Source: the human T2T-CHM13v2.0 reference genome, Homo sapiens
DNA length: 64,000 nucleotides
NCBI RefSeq assembly: GCF_009914755.1
Contig: NC_060930.1
Strand: one strand, 5' to 3'
Position 1 is the stretch's first letter, and every line of letters starts with the position of its first letter. The notes beneath the pieces were generated by a model, which was not told the origin of the DNA, did not search any database, and saw nothing but the letters and a program-made list of their open reading frames with translations. The translations under genes and the position numbers were made by a program. Shown piece after piece: positions 51,194-63,759 of this stretch.

Positions 51194-52387
51194 TTCATTT
51201 GTGTCAGAGAGTTTGGATGGAATTTAAATGTCTTTCTTATATAGCCTGTCCTGTATTTATTTTTAAGATTGTCAGTCTGACTGCTATTCTTCATATTGGA
51301 GAAAAAAGAAAAATAGGAACTGAGAATCCTACTTTTCTTCTGCTGTTTGTTAGCATAGTTTATTGCCTGCATGATTAAATAATACCTGATGTCCAAGTAG
51401 TGGTCCTAACTCGTCACTGCTGTTTTCCTTTGTAGAACATAATCTAAGCTGTCATTGCTGTTTTTCTTTGTGATCTATGAGGTACGTTGGTACCTCTCCT
51501 TGGCATTATTTTCTTTTCTTTTGGGTATGGCTTGGTCCATTCTGTGATAGTTAGCTTTCCTGACAGTATTCATACAGGTCTCAACATTCTTATGGGCTCA
51601 CGTCACTCCTAAATGCACTAAAATCAGCATACACTAGTAATGTTTTATCCAGAATAAACCACCATAAAGCAGCACACAACTGATTGCATGCTGTAAGAAC
51701 TGGATTTATTATTGATCAGAAATTTAACTTTTGTATATGCACAAAATAAATTCATGTATAATAATTAGTTTCTAAAATCAAAGTTTGGGCCTTACTGAGC
51801 TTGTGTAACAATGACCTCAATAATTGAAAAAAAAATTCCTTGGAGGGGATTTAAATAAATAAGTAAATAAATAATGGAATAAAAAAGGCAGCTGTGCTGA
51901 CAGAGAAGTCAAAGATCAGCAAAAAAGTTTCATGATGATAATGACAAAGTTAAACATTCGAAACTTTTGTTTATGTGACAAAAATGTGAAACTTACCATC
52001 TTACAATAAGTCATAATCTTATGGCTAATTTTATTGCTTTGTGAAAGGCTTGACTCTGAAAATGAACAAGTTTATTCACTGTCAGATGCAGCTGATTTAA
52101 AGCCAAATGAGAAACTGTGATGCAAGAAGTATACAAATGTGTTAAATAAAATAGGATTCTTAAATACTCTAATGGTTGTAAATATTAGTATTTAGCTAAC
52201 ATTTATTAAGTGCCTACAAATGTACCAGGCACTGTTCTAAGCACTAAGGATGCTGTAATGAACAAAGTAGACAAAAATTCCTGTATTATGGAGTTTACAT
52301 TCTAGTGGGGGTAAAGTTTGGAGAGTCAGAAAATAAACAAGATAAATAAATAGGTCAAATAGGTAAAACTGTAGGATTTTACAGATC

Positions 52388-53247
52388 ACCGCTGTCCAGT
52401 GGAAACACAATGTAAGCTATATATGTAATTTTCAATTTCCTACTAGCCATATTAAAGTATAAAAAGAAACAGGTGAAATTAAATTTTCATAAACTTTTTA
52501 TTTTTGAATAATTTTTAATTTACAAAAAAATTCCAAGTGTATTAAATAGTACAGTGAATTGCTGTATACTGTTCATTGTTTTTCTGTTAAGATCTCGCAT
52601 TACTGTGATGCATTTTTCAAAACCAAGAAACCAACATTAGTGCATTTTCATTAACTAAACCTCAGACTTTATTTGAATTTTACTAATTTTTCAATTAATG
52701 TCATCCTCCTGTTTCAGGATCCAGTTTATGATATCACAGTGCATTTAGTTGTCATGTCTTCTTAGTCTCCTCTGTGATGGGGTGGTATTAATTTTAATAA
52801 TATATTTTATTTAACTCAATATAGCAAAAATATCATTTTAACCTGTAATTGATATTTTTAAAATTATCAATGTTTATTACTTTTTCTTATTCAGTCTTCA
52901 AAATCCAGAGTGTATTTTATACTTAACAGTACATCACATTTCATACTCAGACACTTTCACTGGAAATACTTCATCTGCATTTGGTTCTCACAAAATTTAC
53001 AGTTGAAAAAGTAGGTTCATATACTTACATTGTTCCAAGTATACTTAAAAGTCTTCCAATAAATTCATGACTAATGCAAGTTTAGAAAAAAGAAAGCAAA
53101 AAAAATTACTTTAAATAGTTTAAAAATAATCCCATTAGATATCAGTTTTCAAATTTAAATATAAATTTAATTAATCAATTAAGGTTAATTGATTTAAAAA
53201 TTCAGTTCCCAGTTGCACTAGACATACTCAAGTGCTCAATAGTCACA
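52388..53247. mobile_element. Charlie5/MER33-type hAT element with an L1M 3' fragment inside (~52493-52775)
   Basis: GCTGTCCAGTGG...TATATGTAATTTT start and CAAGTGCTCAATAGTCAC end, shared with the element at 46705. Confidence 0.55.
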
Positions 53248-53259
53248 GACCATCACAAG

Positions 53260-53870
53260 GACTTTTGATTTTATTCCGAGCTAGAAAGGGAGCACTGAAG
53301 GGTTTTGAGCAAAGTAGTGACATAATCTGATTTAAGATGACTTTGCTATGTCAGAGAATAAATTGAGGTGAGGCAAGGGCAGAAGCAGGGAGACCAGCCA
53401 GGAGGCTACTGCAGGTAACATCAGTTAAGTGATGCAGATGCCTTGGACTGAAGTGGTGGCAGTGGAGGTGGGGAGAACTGGTAGGAGTCCAGGAATCTCT
53501 TGTGCCAGCCCTGACTCAATCTGCTTATGAGTTAGATAAGGGATCAGGGATGACACAAAGGTTTTGGGGCTAAAAAATTTAAGACAATGAATTTGTCTTT
53601 TATAGATTTTGTAAAAAAAACAGGTTTGGGTAGGAAGATCAGGGGCTTGGTTTTGGACATTTTGAGTTCAAGATGCGTATGAGACATGTAAGTGAAGATG
53701 TTAATAAGTAGGCAGTGGATATCTGAGTATGGAGTTGAGGAGAGCTCAGCTAATGATACACATTTGGGAGCCATCAACATATAGATGGTATTTAAAAATA
53801 GAAGACTGAAGGAGACCACCAAACGAGAGTACAGAAAGAAGTGTTAGGGTGAGGTCATCCAGCAACAGTA
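53260..53870 (-). mobile_element. L2 remnant
   Basis: GGAGACCAGCCAGGAGGCTACTGCAG...TTTGGGAGCCATCAACATATAGATGG. Confidence 0.6.
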
Positions 53871-54289
53871 TTTTAAGGAAAATGCAAGCTTTGTGATCAG
53901 GCCGCAAACAGATCAACGAGAATTGGAGGAATAATAAACTCTTTCCAGGCAGAAGCATTAGATGCAATGGTGCAAAGGTAAGTGATTAGCCAACCATGGT
54001 ATAGCAAGTCATTTTGCTCTGCTGAAGCAGAAATACTAGCTAGCTGACACAGAAAGATGCATTAAGTGATTGAGAAGGGCTCTCACGCTAGCTGGGTGGC
54101 TATCCAGAGCTGGGAATGTGAGGGTTCTAAGGATAGCTTTGGAGTTAACAAGTGACAGCTGCAGTTAGTTTCCTATACATACACAAAACCAACCCGTCCT
54201 ACCACAGAATATATGTCATAATGCTGGCACAACAGACACATCCCTTTTAGTTTTGCAGACGAGGAGTAACCGTTGCCCTGGACCACAAA

Positions 54290-55460
54290 GCCACTTAGCG
54301 GCAGAGCCTCGCACCCGCGAAGATTATTACTAGGGAGATGTTTTTACCCCTGAGGACACCTGAGCCCTTAAGTGGGGCAGGCTTCGAGGGAGGGGGGCCG
54401 ATAAGGCGACTTCAGACAGGGCAATCACGATGGGCGCTTGAGTTCTGCGCAGAATTTTGACAAGGGGGAGGGTCTTGGCTTGAAGACAGAGCGTGGAGTC
54501 ATTTAAGGATAATGGAAGGGCATAAGCAGAAGCTCAAGGATAAAAAGCACTGAAATTCTTGAGCTGGCGGCAGGGCTGAACGTAGCTCAGTGAAAGATCC
54601 TTTCTTGCCACATCCTCTCTAAGCCAGGCTGTGAGAACCGCGGGAAACGAAGGAGAAGGGTGGCGGTGGGGTCAGTAAAGGGCCGGCCCAAGGTGCATCT
54701 TTTAGGTCCTGATGCTAGGAGCAGCCGTCCCTGCCCCTATATTCCTCTCACTGGGTAGGTTTGCTCGGGAGTGGCTACCTCCCAGGCAAAAATTCGGCCT
54801 GGTTAAACTGGAAAGACCAGGAAAGCCCGCCCACGGGCGTCCGGGGAACGCCTGCAAAGTGCCAGCACCCTACCAACCCAGGCGCCGCACGGGTGGGGTC
54901 GCGGCCGCAGGCTCTTCCGGGGCGGGCCTAGCCTGACGCAGGAGGAGGGGCGGCCCCCGTCGCACAAGAACCAATCACGACTGTCGCTTCTACGTGGCTA
55001 GCATTGACCAATAGGAGACCGTAGTGATAGCGACGGGGAAATTCAAACGTGTTTGCGGAAAGGAGTTTGGGTTCCATCTTTTCATTTCCCCAGCGCAGCT
55101 TTCTGTAGGTAAGTTCTGTCTTACCGGTGCACCGGCGCACTGAGGAACAGCCGCAGCCGGTGTAGGGGCTCATTGTTAGCGCTGGTCGGTGAGGGGTGGG
55201 GCGAGGTGGGGGCAGCTCGGAGCCAGGTATGCGACGCGGCTAAACGAGCTGGAGGGGGAGGGGATGTCTCACTGCCTCAGCGGGTCTGGCCGGTGGGGTG
55301 ATGCAGGAGGTTTTGTTGAGGAAGTAAGAAGTGGGTGTGGCCCACGCTGGAAAGAAGGGGTGGTGGGGTACCTGCGCACAAGATCGTTTTCCAAAGGACA
55401 GTCTCTCTTGTTTTGGGGGTTAGAACTGGGAAAGAAGCGGGTGGCCGTGATCTGACAGTT
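54290..55460 (+). promoter_or_regulatory. TTK: TTK CpG-island promoter with ETS, GC boxes, CRE-like site, two CCAAT boxes and an inverted CHR
   Basis: Sharp rise in CpG/GC. CTTCCGG 54914-54920; GGGGCGG 54919-54925 and 54947-54953; TGACGCA 54934-54940; CCAAT 54971-54975 and 55008-55012; TTCAAA (TTTGAA reversed) 55042-55047. Confidence 0.85.
55037..55108 (+). other. TTK: TTK exon 1 (5' UTR, non-coding)
   Basis: Ends at consensus donor TAG|GTAAGT (55109-55114), just downstream of the CCAAT/CHR cluster. Start is approximate. Confidence 0.8.
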
Positions 55461-56238
55461 ATCTTTCAAACCTGACTTAAGAGGTGGAGTGATACCTTGC
55501 TGCAACTTTATGACTTTTTTTCATTGTTAAACCTGAAGACGGGGCAGCATTGTTATCAGTGACACTGAGTTGGTGTTTGAGAGTCACAAAGATACGATTA
55601 ACAATAAGACTGCAGACACTTTATTGAACAAACACCACCACCATGCAGATAAGCAAGTGCTCAGTACCAGTACAATAGTTTCTTAGTGTTAGATTAAGGT
55701 AGCAAATCGTGATTCTGCTAGATATGCACAAGAATAAATCTGCGGATTTCCTAATTATCAGTAAAGCCCCATCATGTTTATATTCTGCTTTGAAAGCACT
55801 TGCACTGGAAGATTTACTCAAGTAAAGCAGGCGAATAAAGGAATTGTTATTCCCATTGCCAAACGAATTCTTTATGTCTATGTCACTACCAGAATCCAAG
55901 CAATCTTTATGTGTATGTCGCTACCAAAATCCAAGCAAACACTCTATCATATTTTTTTTAAGTGACACTAAATTTGCAGATTTCTACAGTGTGACGTCAT
56001 TGATGTTATATTGGGGGAAAAAGTATACTTGGCCTATGAAACCTTGGTGAATAAATTACAAAGATGTGTACCTTGTTGTTGTGCACTTACCTCCATTAAT
56101 ACTAGCCTAATAATAGCTGCATTTAGATGTGTTCACAAAACGAATGCTTTAGTCGTCTGGGTTCTAAAAAGCTAGTGCATTTTTTTCTTTGATGCTAGTT
56201 AAAGTAGGAGTTATGACTGTTCAGTTTTTTTCTTAGAA

Positions 56239-56377
56239 ATGGAATCCGAGGATTTAAGTGGCAGAGAATTGACAATTGATTCCATAATGAACAAAGTGAG
56301 AGACATTAAAAATAAGTTTAAAAATGAAGACCTTACTGATGAACTAAGCTTGAATAAAATTTCTGCTGATACTACAG
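56239..56377 (+). CDS. TTK: TTK coding exon 2 (ATG; [10 protein letters not shown]...SADTT)
   Basis: Acceptor ttttttcttag|AA at 56236/56237, ATG at 56239, donor CAG|GTGAGT; 139 coding nt. Confidence 0.97.
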
Positions 56378-58203
56378 GTGAGTTTTTCTTTTCTTTTAAG
56401 TTAGTAACTGTTTGTTGGGTATCCTCTAAGGTAAAGATATAGTACTAATCACTTTATTTATAATTTACTCATGTGTTTATTGTCTTTCTCCTCCATTAGA
56501 ATGCAGGCTACATGATGGCAGGGTTTTTGTCTGTTATATCCACAGAACTTTGAATGGTGTCTGGCACATGGTAGGTAGGCACTTAAACATTTATTGAACA
56601 ATGATTAATGGGTGAAAATGCCCAGAGTTTAATACTCTAGCTCTTCTAAAAGTATTAGCTCAGAAGCCTGATTCTTTACTGTATTTCAAATGGTTGGTCA
56701 TTTGAATGGTGACCTTTGGATAATTTTCTTACATCTATACTAACCTTTAAATAGATGAGGAATTGAAAATAAATGGAAGAACCTGTGATCTAATCATGGT
56801 GGCTGACTGTTCACTTTGAAAAAACCTAGAAAATGATAGTTTTAGTGTTAAGCAAAATCTTAATGGAGTATAATTGTGCTTAATTATGTCACTAACAAAG
56901 GTTGTACATCAAGGCAATTGAGTATTTTAAGTACTGAGGAAGATTCAAAGATGCTTAAAACCATAGTTTCTTTCTAGATGAGAATTTATATATTCACTAT
57001 GCTACATTGTAATGCATGCTGGGCATCATAGGAATACTAGCATGATAAAACACAAATGTTTTATTTGTTGATTAGAGGAAGAATAGGGTACTCAGGCATG
57101 AGGAATGCATCTGCAAAGCCACAGATGGCAATGTGTGTTTTTTAGACATTTCACAGACTAATTTCTTAGGAAAGCAATAGGAGGTAAAAATAGAAAATTA
57201 AGGTCAGACCAAATTAAATTTAAAACGACAAAGCAAAGTTATGCATGCACTATATTTTAGTAGAAAGTAGAAACAAATTTTATTTATAAAAGTAAAGATG
57301 TAGGCTTTGTTGAAAGTGACTGAAGTTAATAGAAGGAATAATAGCTTCTCTGGAAATCTGAATTTAATATTGCTTAGTAATAACCAAAATATCCTGAACA
57401 GAAGACTGACATTCAAGTTATCTTTTTAAAAAACTAACACTGAAGAAAGTAAAAAGTACATTTCAGTGTGAACATTTTGTCTGAAGGTTATTCTTGCTGT
57501 TTCTGTTGGTTGGGGTTCCACAGAGAGAAACCTGACAGTCACAAGAGGTCCTATAAATTCCAAAGGTCTAGACCACGGTAACTATGAGTTTGTTGGACCA
57601 AGAAATTATCAGGGCCTCTAGCAGAAATTTAGGTTACTTGGAGAGAAGAAAATGATTGTCTCATTTGTTTATTTTTTGTAAAGCTGGTTTGGTTTTACAA
57701 GTAAGTATGAGGTATACAGAGATAATGTTGAATGGTTAAGGTTGTAAAGAAGGTTATGTTAGGACTGGAGCAGTAGGTTTAATGAATAAATCATTGATGG
57801 GAGAATTTTCTAAGTTAATTAGTACAAGTGGCAGTGGGAGAGATTTAGTTTTCTATGGATAGGTAGGATGCTAAAATTATAGTTATCCTGCAACAGCATA
57901 AAATTTTCTTAAACTACATACAATTTTTAAAGGCTACTTACAAAAAAACTCACTTATTTCCAAATGTTTTCTTTCCTTCAAAATATATAGCTTTTGGATA
58001 AAGTATACCTTCATAAAAGATAAATACACGATAAATAAGTTACTTGTATTTATATGAACTTTTACAATTTTAAAAAGTATTATAAGGACTTTATGTACAT
58101 TGATACTGACAGTACAAATGTTTGACTATATTTTGAAGGAAAAATGCAATTTGGCATTTGTTTTATGTCTTTTCTTGTGATATATTTTGTTCCCCTTATT
58201 TAG

Positions 58204-58426
58204 ATAACTCGGGAACTGTTAACCAAATTATGATGATGGCAAACAACCCAGAGGACTGGTTGAGTTTGTTGCTCAAACTAGAGAAAAACAGTGTTCCGCT
58301 AAGTGATGCTCTTTTAAATAAATTGATTGGTCGTTACAGTCAAGCAATTGAAGCGCTTCCCCCAGATAAATATGGCCAAAATGAGAGTTTTGCTAGAATT
58401 CAAGTGAGATTTGCTGAATTAAAAGC
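58204..58426 (+). CDS. TTK: TTK exon 3 (DNSGTVNQ...FAELKA)
   Basis: tttag| and |gtaagt; 223 nt; phase matches both neighbours. Confidence 0.97.
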
Positions 58427-58780
58427 GTAAGTATTAGCATTTTAACTATGTTCAACTATGTTACATAATATGTAACTACACTGCAAAGAGAGAAAATAAA
58501 AAACATGGCAGTATTGTGAGAAAATATTAATTTTTTTACCAAATACTTTTGCTTATAGTTAACAAGAGACTAATGTAAACTCTTTTCTATGCACGTTTCC
58601 ACAACAGTTTACTTATTTTAAACTGCCTAAAAAGATTTTTTTAAAATAACTTATTAGTATTTAATTTTACCCACAGAAAAAAGCAATATCCCATGTTTTT
58701 TGGAAAATTGAATGAAGCATTATCAAATTTAAGTAGCTATGTTCTTTTTCTTAAATTTTGACTCAAATCTTTTATTACAG

Positions 58781-58887
58781 TATTCAAGAGCCAGATGATG
58801 CACGTGACTACTTTCAAATGGCCAGAGCAAACTGCAAGAAATTTGCTTTTGTTCATATATCTTTTGCACAATTTGAACTGTCACAAG
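58781..58887 (+). CDS. TTK: TTK exon 4 ([10 protein letters not shown]...FELSQ)
   Basis: ttacag| and |gtaatc; 107 nt. Confidence 0.96.
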
Positions 58888-59322
58888 GTAATCTGAAAAT
58901 GTCAAATTCAAATTTTAAGTAAAGGATAACTTATTACAACTTACTTCCTAATATTAAATCATATATATGAAGTGGAAATTTGAGGCAAAAGACATTAAAG
59001 TTGATCAGATGAGAATATGGGGAGAAAATGCCACCTAAATGTAAATGCAGAGAATATCTGTTATACTAGCTTTTCCATGTATAAAGAGTAATCCAGGGAA
59101 ATGAGCATGAACATTGTGTATGTGCTACTAGTTAGATTCAGGAAACATCTAAAGGAAAGTAGCTGCTTCACTGAGTATTTGTAGGAAGAAGGATATCAGA
59201 TATTTAAGCTAGAGCTTTAAATATCTAGAGCTTACATAAACTTTTCTTATGCTATGGTTTCATAGCACCAAAATGTACATTAAAGTGTAGCTATGTAACT
59301 TGGTGGTCAAGTAAACTATATA

Positions 59323-59324
<2 letters not shown>

Positions 59325-59360
<36 letters not shown>
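59325..59360. repeat. (TG)18 microsatellite in TTK intron 4
   Basis: Perfect 36-nt dinucleotide tract. Confidence 0.95.
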
Positions 59361-59363
<3 letters not shown>

Positions 59364-61206
59364 CGTTAATTGGTAGTTCTTTAAAATAAAAAAGTAAACT
59401 GCTGTAGAAACTATTTCTTGCTCACTTGGTTCTTCATAGTCTGGATTTTTTTGGGTAGGACCAAGACAATCTCTTCCTAAGACATTTTTAACCTGGCCAT
59501 TCCTTAGTCTTTTCTCATTTTCCAGGGCCTTTGGATACACCCTCAGTCTGCCCTCTGGCCAGGTGTTTCCATTCTCCCACTGCCTTGTTTCTGCTACAAC
59601 TGTGATCCAATTTACTGCCAGTGATAAACATATTAACACTATTGGAAGAATCCCCATGATGGTTTCCATAGCAGGGATTGGTCACTGGAGAGTATTCCCC
59701 AGGATTGAGCCTGGAGAAAATAATTATATGACTCAGAAATAATTTGAGAACCCTGAATTGTTACCCATTCAGATGATTTCTGAGTCCTAGTAATTGTCTT
59801 CTCCAATATGTCCTTTGCTCTATCAGGTTACTTTTTAGAACTATTATCCCTTTCTTCTCTAGAAAAATGGATTCCTCCTTGCTTGTTAGAGAAAATTTGG
59901 CAAGGCTTCTTTCTCTCCATTCTGCTTGAAAATTTCTTGAGGTATTGTGGCCTCTCAATAACAACCATAAATTTTACATGTTTAGAACATGTAAATATTG
60001 AAACTCTTAAATTGAGTTATCTGTAAAAAAGACGAACTTTATCTATACCACTTTATCTGCAATGTGGTAGTAATGCACAGTGATGCAATGTGGTCAAATG
60101 CATTGCACAGTAATGCAGTGTGGTCAAATTATGATTATTTTGAGCACAGTTGATGGCTTGGCTGTCAGGAAATAATGCAGCATCCCTGAAGTCCTATGCA
60201 GAGTCTGGTGTGTGAGTATTTTTATAGGGATGGAGGACATTTCAGTTTTTACCAGATTCTTAAAGAAATCTCTGATCTCAATACTAAGCTATCTGATTAA
60301 TTAAGCTTCTTAAGCCTTTCTCTCTTTTCTTGTGCTAAAATACACAATACATGAAATTCTACCACTACTTAGTAAATGTAGATGTAAGCACTATCAAAGA
60401 TATTTTTAAAAATTTATAAACTACCAGAAGCTAGAGATCATCTCTTAAGCATTTTTATACGCTAAGTACCAAGTGCATAGCATAGCTCAATGGCTCCCAT
60501 AAATGTTGATAATATTCTGTAAGATATGTGATGTATACATTTAATATTTATATGTCAAATGCTAGGGGTAAGTTTACCAATTTTTTTGGTAATCTGTCCA
60601 TACTCAGAAAGGTAATTATGATAGTTCCTCAGTTATTCTGCATTCTTTTTCAGGCTGGTATAGCTGAGTGTGACAGCTAAAGATTAATCTGTATTTATTA
60701 TGTTTTTCCCCGAAAATCCTTTTGATGGAAGATGCTCTTTAACAAAAGATGTCATCCTTCCCTTAACTAAATGTCATTATGAATGATACTTATTATAGCA
60801 TGTTGTAAGAGACTGATGCTCTTGGCACTTTTGTAACATCTAGAATGCCCTCCTGTTTCTAACTGTTGTGATTGGCCTTTGCTGTCCCCTGTTGGTAACT
60901 GCTTTGTTACACTTCTGTTACTTCTGAAAGTGGACAGTGGTGATAAACTAATGCAAAATTACGTCAGCTACATATTGCAAGGAAACTATTTGGTATGCAT
61001 TGTTATCAGAAGAGAGTTGGTTATCTGCATAAAAAGTGAGAGATTGCTTACTTGCCTATGAAATAAAATACATGAGCCTTGGAATAAATATTTTTGCTTA
61101 AGTCTTTTTGATTTTTTTTTCTAGGTCCTGATGAATACGTATCTGGGTGGTCTGGGTGGTGGGCATTTTACTGCCTAAAAATGACAATTATCTTTTGCTT
61201 TGTTAG

Positions 61207-61350
61207 GTAATGTCAAAAAAAGTAAACAACTTCTTCAAAAAGCTGTAGAACGTGGAGCAGTACCACTAGAAATGCTGGAAATTGCCCTGCGGAATTTAAA
61301 CCTCCAAAAAAAGCAGCTGCTTTCAGAGGAGGAAAAGAAGAATTTATCAG
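61207..61350 (+). CDS. TTK: TTK exon 5 ([10 protein letters not shown]...EKKNLS)
   Basis: tgttag| and |gtaact; 144 nt. Confidence 0.96.
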
Positions 61351-61826
61351 GTAACTATTAAGGTATACTAATACTTTCTGTGGTAGGTAGTACTTCAAAT
61401 AAAGATTCGGGATAATAATTTATAGAAAAATATTATTTATGTAGAATGGTTAAAATCTAAGATTAAATTGTAAAGGAGGTAAGACTGAGAAGTAAAAAAG
61501 TCTCTACAACCCCATGCAAATTTGTCTTTTTTGCTAACTAAACTTTCGTTAACACATGAAAAACAACTCTAAGCAAGAGAATTTTTTTTTTTTTGCTTTT
61601 GGAAATAGAGAATGTGCTTTTACCCTGGGGAAATAGTTATATAATTTAAGAGAATTTGAAGAAGTAGTTAGATAATTATCTTGGTATCATCTTCATGTCT
61701 GCATATCTTACTTGGGGACAAGTATTTCCTATGAATTGACTTTTAAAATATTCTTATTTGTAAGATCACTTTTTTGTACTTGTCTTATTTCTTATAAATT
61801 TAATCATAGTTTCAAAATTTTTACAG

Positions 61827-61941
61827 CATCTACGGTATTAACTGCCCAAGAATCATTTTCCGGTTCACTTGGGCATTTACAGAATAGGAACAACAGTTGT
61901 GATTCCAGAGGACAGACTACTAAAGCCAGGTTTTTATATGG
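61827..61941 (+). CDS. TTK: TTK exon 6 ([10 protein letters not shown]...ARFLYG)
   Basis: ttacag| and |gtaagg; 115 nt. Confidence 0.96.
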
Positions 61942-62121
61942 GTAAGGAAACGGAAACAGTTTTTAAATGTTCATCTTCTATGTAAGTACATCTGTGTTTT
62001 TTAATGTAATTACATGTATCTGCATATATGTTTTCATGTGTGTGATAATGTTTAGCAGTAGAGTAGAAATACATATTAATATTGTTCTTTGAAAAATTGG
62101 GGGTATTTTCTTTCTGTTTAG

Positions 62122-62194
62122 AGAGAACATGCCACCACAAGATGCAGAAATAGGTTACCGGAATTCATTGAGACAAACTAACAAAACTAAACAG
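62122..62194 (+). CDS. TTK: TTK exon 7 ([11 protein letters not shown]...KTKQ)
   Basis: gtttag| and |gtaagt; 73 nt. Confidence 0.95.
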
Positions 62195-62278
62195 GTAAGT
62201 TACTTTCAATCTGCTTGATTAAGGTGGTGATAGTCTTTATTTCCTAGTTGGTTATTTAATCTTTCAAAATATTTTTAG

Positions 62279-62373
62279 TCATGCCCATTTGGAAGAGTCC
62301 CAGTTAACCTTCTAAATAGCCCAGATTGTGATGTGAAGACAGATGATTCAGTTGTACCTTGTTTTATGAAAAG
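62279..62373 (+). CDS. TTK: TTK exon 8 (SCPFGRVPV...PCFMK)
   Basis: ttttag| and |gtatgt; 95 nt; preceded by an 84-nt intron. Confidence 0.95.
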
Positions 62374-63671
62374 GTATGTTGAGTTTTAATTTTTAAAATT
62401 TGTTGTCCGTATGGGAAGATTAATGGCAGAATGGTCTTAAAGTCTTTTACTGAGTAATAGTAATTATGATTAAATTTTTATTCAGTTTTAGAAGATAATC
62501 TCTAAATGTTGTCAGGAACAAAGGAATGAGTGGAGAAAATAACTTTGTTTTGCTTTTTCACTCATTAAAAATATTCATTAAAGGAGCTTTAAAAGGAAAA
62601 AATATTAAGTCAACATTAAGCTTAAAAGACTGATATTTGAGGATTTGTCACTTACGGGTAGGCTGTCTGCTAAGAATCTCTTCCTGTTTTGTTTGAGAGT
62701 CTCCATAACGGGTAGAAGGAGGTCTGGGAACAAATATTTGCTCCAGATAGTTCAAGGGGAGAATCGCTGTCAGTGGGATAGATGATTATTCTTTTGCTTG
62801 AGTCTAGTGCTTCAAGAAGTGGGACAGGTTAGGTACAGATGAATTACTGTTCATCACATCCAGTGTGTTCTCCTTCCCTCAATTTGCTTGTTTATTCCCT
62901 GTTAAGAAATGGGAATGTAGCCTGTAGCTCAGCTAAAGGAGAGTTATTTTGGCCTATTCTTAATTCTGACCAACATTTGTAATATTTATATTGGAAAAGG
63001 CTCCTTACAGTCCAGAGAATCATTTTGCAAATAAACTTTAGAAATACGATTGTTTTTCATTACTATCTTTTATAATTACATTTCTATTATATTTAGACTT
63101 GACTAAATATTGACATTAAAAGAACATTTTGTTTGTCAAGGTTAAGCTTTAAAGTCTTATCACTATGATTTCATCTTGTTCATCTCTATTTCAAATACCT
63201 AGCTCAAGAATAAAGGAGATTTTCTTCCACTCCAAAAAATTAAAAACAAAAACAGAAAAACTGCAGCCATTTTCTTGGTTCCTGTTATCGATAGACAATG
63301 CTAGGTACTGTGGAGGTCCACAGAAGTGCTATACCCTGGTTCTTATCCTTTAGCTATTTGTAATTGGAAATGTAGTTTCATCTGTATACTTTGCCTTTCC
63401 CACAGTCTAACCCTAACTCCAATTGTTACTGATTAGATAATGAAGAAGTAGGCGATCACCTGTGTCACTTTTGTCATTGCCCAGCACGTAATTTTGTTAG
63501 CTAAGTCACTTTTGTATTGGAATTATGTCACTCTAAAAAATGTCTTTTTAAGAGATTTTTTTCAATAAAAAGTATGTATATTATTAAAAATCCAACTTGA
63601 GATGAAAAAATACATTGAAAATTTTTTTTTTCAAATTTAATGTTAAAATTATTTTGTTTCACGGGTAAAAG

Positions 63672-63759
63672 ACAAACCTCTAGATCAGAATGCCGAGATT
63701 TGGTTGTGCCTGGATCTAAACCAAGTGGAAATGATTCCTGTGAATTAAGAAATTTAAAG
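63672..63759 (+). CDS. TTK: TTK exon 9 ([10 protein letters not shown]...LRNLK)
   Basis: aaaag| and |gtattt; 88 nt; continues the MPS1 frame (cumulative 984 nt). Confidence 0.93.

Noticed and set aside
54712-55505. Short ORFs across the TTK CpG island
   Set aside because: Stop-poor GC-rich sequence with no homology I recognise.
62374-63671. Intron 8 as a U12-type intron explaining the odd acceptor
   Set aside because: The donor is GTATGT, not GTATCCTT, and there is no TCCTTAAC branch site.
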